From positions 15,314,001 to 15,378,000 of the forward strand of contig CM022670.1 in NCBI GenBank assembly GCA_012295275.1: a stretch of DNA of 64,000 nucleotides, written 5' to 3'. The notes under the pieces were generated by a model, which saw nothing but the letters and a program-made list of their open reading frames with translations, did no database searches and had not been told where the DNA came from. Below, one piece after another: positions 62,412 through 64,000 of the stretch. The DNA comes from Chrysomallon squamiferum. Lineage: Eukaryota; Animalia; Mollusca. The translations under genes and the position numbers were made by a program. The stretch's first letter is position 1; each line of letters starts with the position of its first letter.

Positions 62412-63549
62412 CTTTGCCTGTTTTGAGTTTTCTGAATGAAGCTGGGAATACGTCTCTTAATATAGTAGCAGCATCGTTTCAATCATGACTGTAAAATTCT
62501 AATTGCAGGCTAAGATTTCAGTGAGGTAATAAATTTACGTAAGTGCGGCTAGATCACAGTTTAATCTGCTACGTTTTGACGTTGTTGTTGTTGTCTCTCT
62601 TTTTTTCTTTTTTTTTTACAGCCAGTAATGATGGTGCCTATTTTATGAATACCTACAGTTCGACAATATCTCTATAAGCTGTGTTTATGCGTGAAGTTAA
62701 AACTTCGTATCTAATCAATAATATCTGCATTAACTTTTACGCTAGATGAATTTGCAAATTTGTATAGCATATTTCTACTCGAACGTAACTATTATTTAAA
62801 TAAAAGATATAGAATAATAATAATAATAATAGTCCGAAGGTAATATACATGTATAAAATGTAAGTTTCGAAGATATGAAGATAACTCAGTTAACAAGACT
62901 GTGGTTATTAGAATACAAATCATATAGCATTTAACATTCTAAATGCCCGATTAAATTTGAAGGTGAATTATTATGTTTCATTTACCATAGAAATTAATCA
63001 ATACAGATTTTTAATAATGAATTCTTCAGCTACATTGTAGTTTATATTCTGCAGAATATTTTAAACTGGATCTGCTGTTAAATAAATAAATAGATTAGTT
63101 CATAGCTGAATAAAATACCTTAAACTACACATCTCTATCTGTCTGTCTGTCTGTGTATAGTTCTTATCTTATAGATTTGTAGGCGCGAGGGGTATCACAG
63201 TTATCAACAACAACAAGAACAATTATTAGTTCAACCAACAAAACTTATGAAAGAAATATAAAACATTCACTGAATGCTATGAAAATTAATGTGAACATTA
63301 ACTTTATAATGAATGGACAAATCACCCAATCACAGGCATTTTGCGCCATACTGACAACAATACATCAATCACTTTTCTTGCCAGAAGCCGGGGAAATAAC
63401 TGTCGATTATCTATATGAATCTTCATCAGATACCTTACCTTTCGTAGCAGACACATTTAACTAAACAGAAATATGAATAATAAAGACGAAATCATCGCTT
63501 TGTTTGTCAGGCGAGAAGTAAAGTTTTCAAATGGAAGATAAGTCAGTTT

Positions 63550-63629
63550 CTAGCGGAGAACAGTTCAGATGGTCATTTGAACAGATTTCGCTGGAGAACC
63601 AAATGTCCATCTGAACTGTGCTCCACCAG
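63550..63629. other. 80-nt inverted repeat / hairpin (30-bp stem with 4 mismatches, 20-nt loop)
   Basis: CTAGCGGAGAACAGTTCAGATGGTCATTTG pairs with CAAATGTCCATCTGAACTGTGCTCCACCAG. Confidence 0.7.
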
Positions 63630-64000
63630 AGTATGTTTGGGATAGAAAGTTCCTAGAGACCAGATGCATCTCTTGATTTCTGATATCTAGCGGGTGGGCA
63701 TTTGAAAAAGAATGGGATTTTTGCTCTACTCTACCCTAATATTTTTTTCATTAACATTTAGAAAAATATTCTTTTCATTATCTTTTAAAGTGTATCTTAA
63801 AAATTACACTTCTTTTCTTCCTTATGGGTCATCGATAAAATATTTAACCAGTTAATTTAATGTACATGTACGTCTTTCTTTTTTCTTCAAAATAAACCCT
63901 GAGACTGCTTCAGTAATTATTTTCAGGTTTTTGTATGGATTCAAGATATTCCGCACCAGATATTTTATTTAAACACATTCTTAATTTCTCTTGTAAAATC

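Overview
AT-rich, microsatellite-dense eukaryotic DNA with GT-AG introns, TATA boxes and AATAAA signals. It is most likely an invertebrate, probably a lophotrochozoan such as a mollusc (inference). Most ORFs in the supplied track are repeat artefacts. The first ~48.5 kb is an array of 15 tiny three-exon genes or pseudogenes for secreted Gly/Tyr-rich peptides in two related families. Family A has five + strand copies of 51 aa; four end in a -GKR amidation-type signal, and there is also an orphan terminal exon. Family B has ten copies of ~73 aa, rich in Gly/Tyr/Met/Arg, arranged as five head-to-head pairs. Two internal segments are flipped, which swaps promoters and 3' exons, and several copies are frameshifted or deleted. 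Downstream lie a spliced UMOD/GP2/OIT3-type D8C-domain membrane protein gene with an intronless Yellow/MRJP-family gene nested antisense in its intron, a three-exon chitin-binding (CBM14-like) protein gene missing from the ORF track, and a two-exon secreted protein of unknown family. Mobile DNA includes a hAT-type MITE with TSD, a degenerate FLYWCH/MULE transposase and two LINE 3' fragments. The locus may be a Tyr-rich biomaterial/sclerotization cluster, or an nlp-29/caenacin-like defence-peptide cluster.
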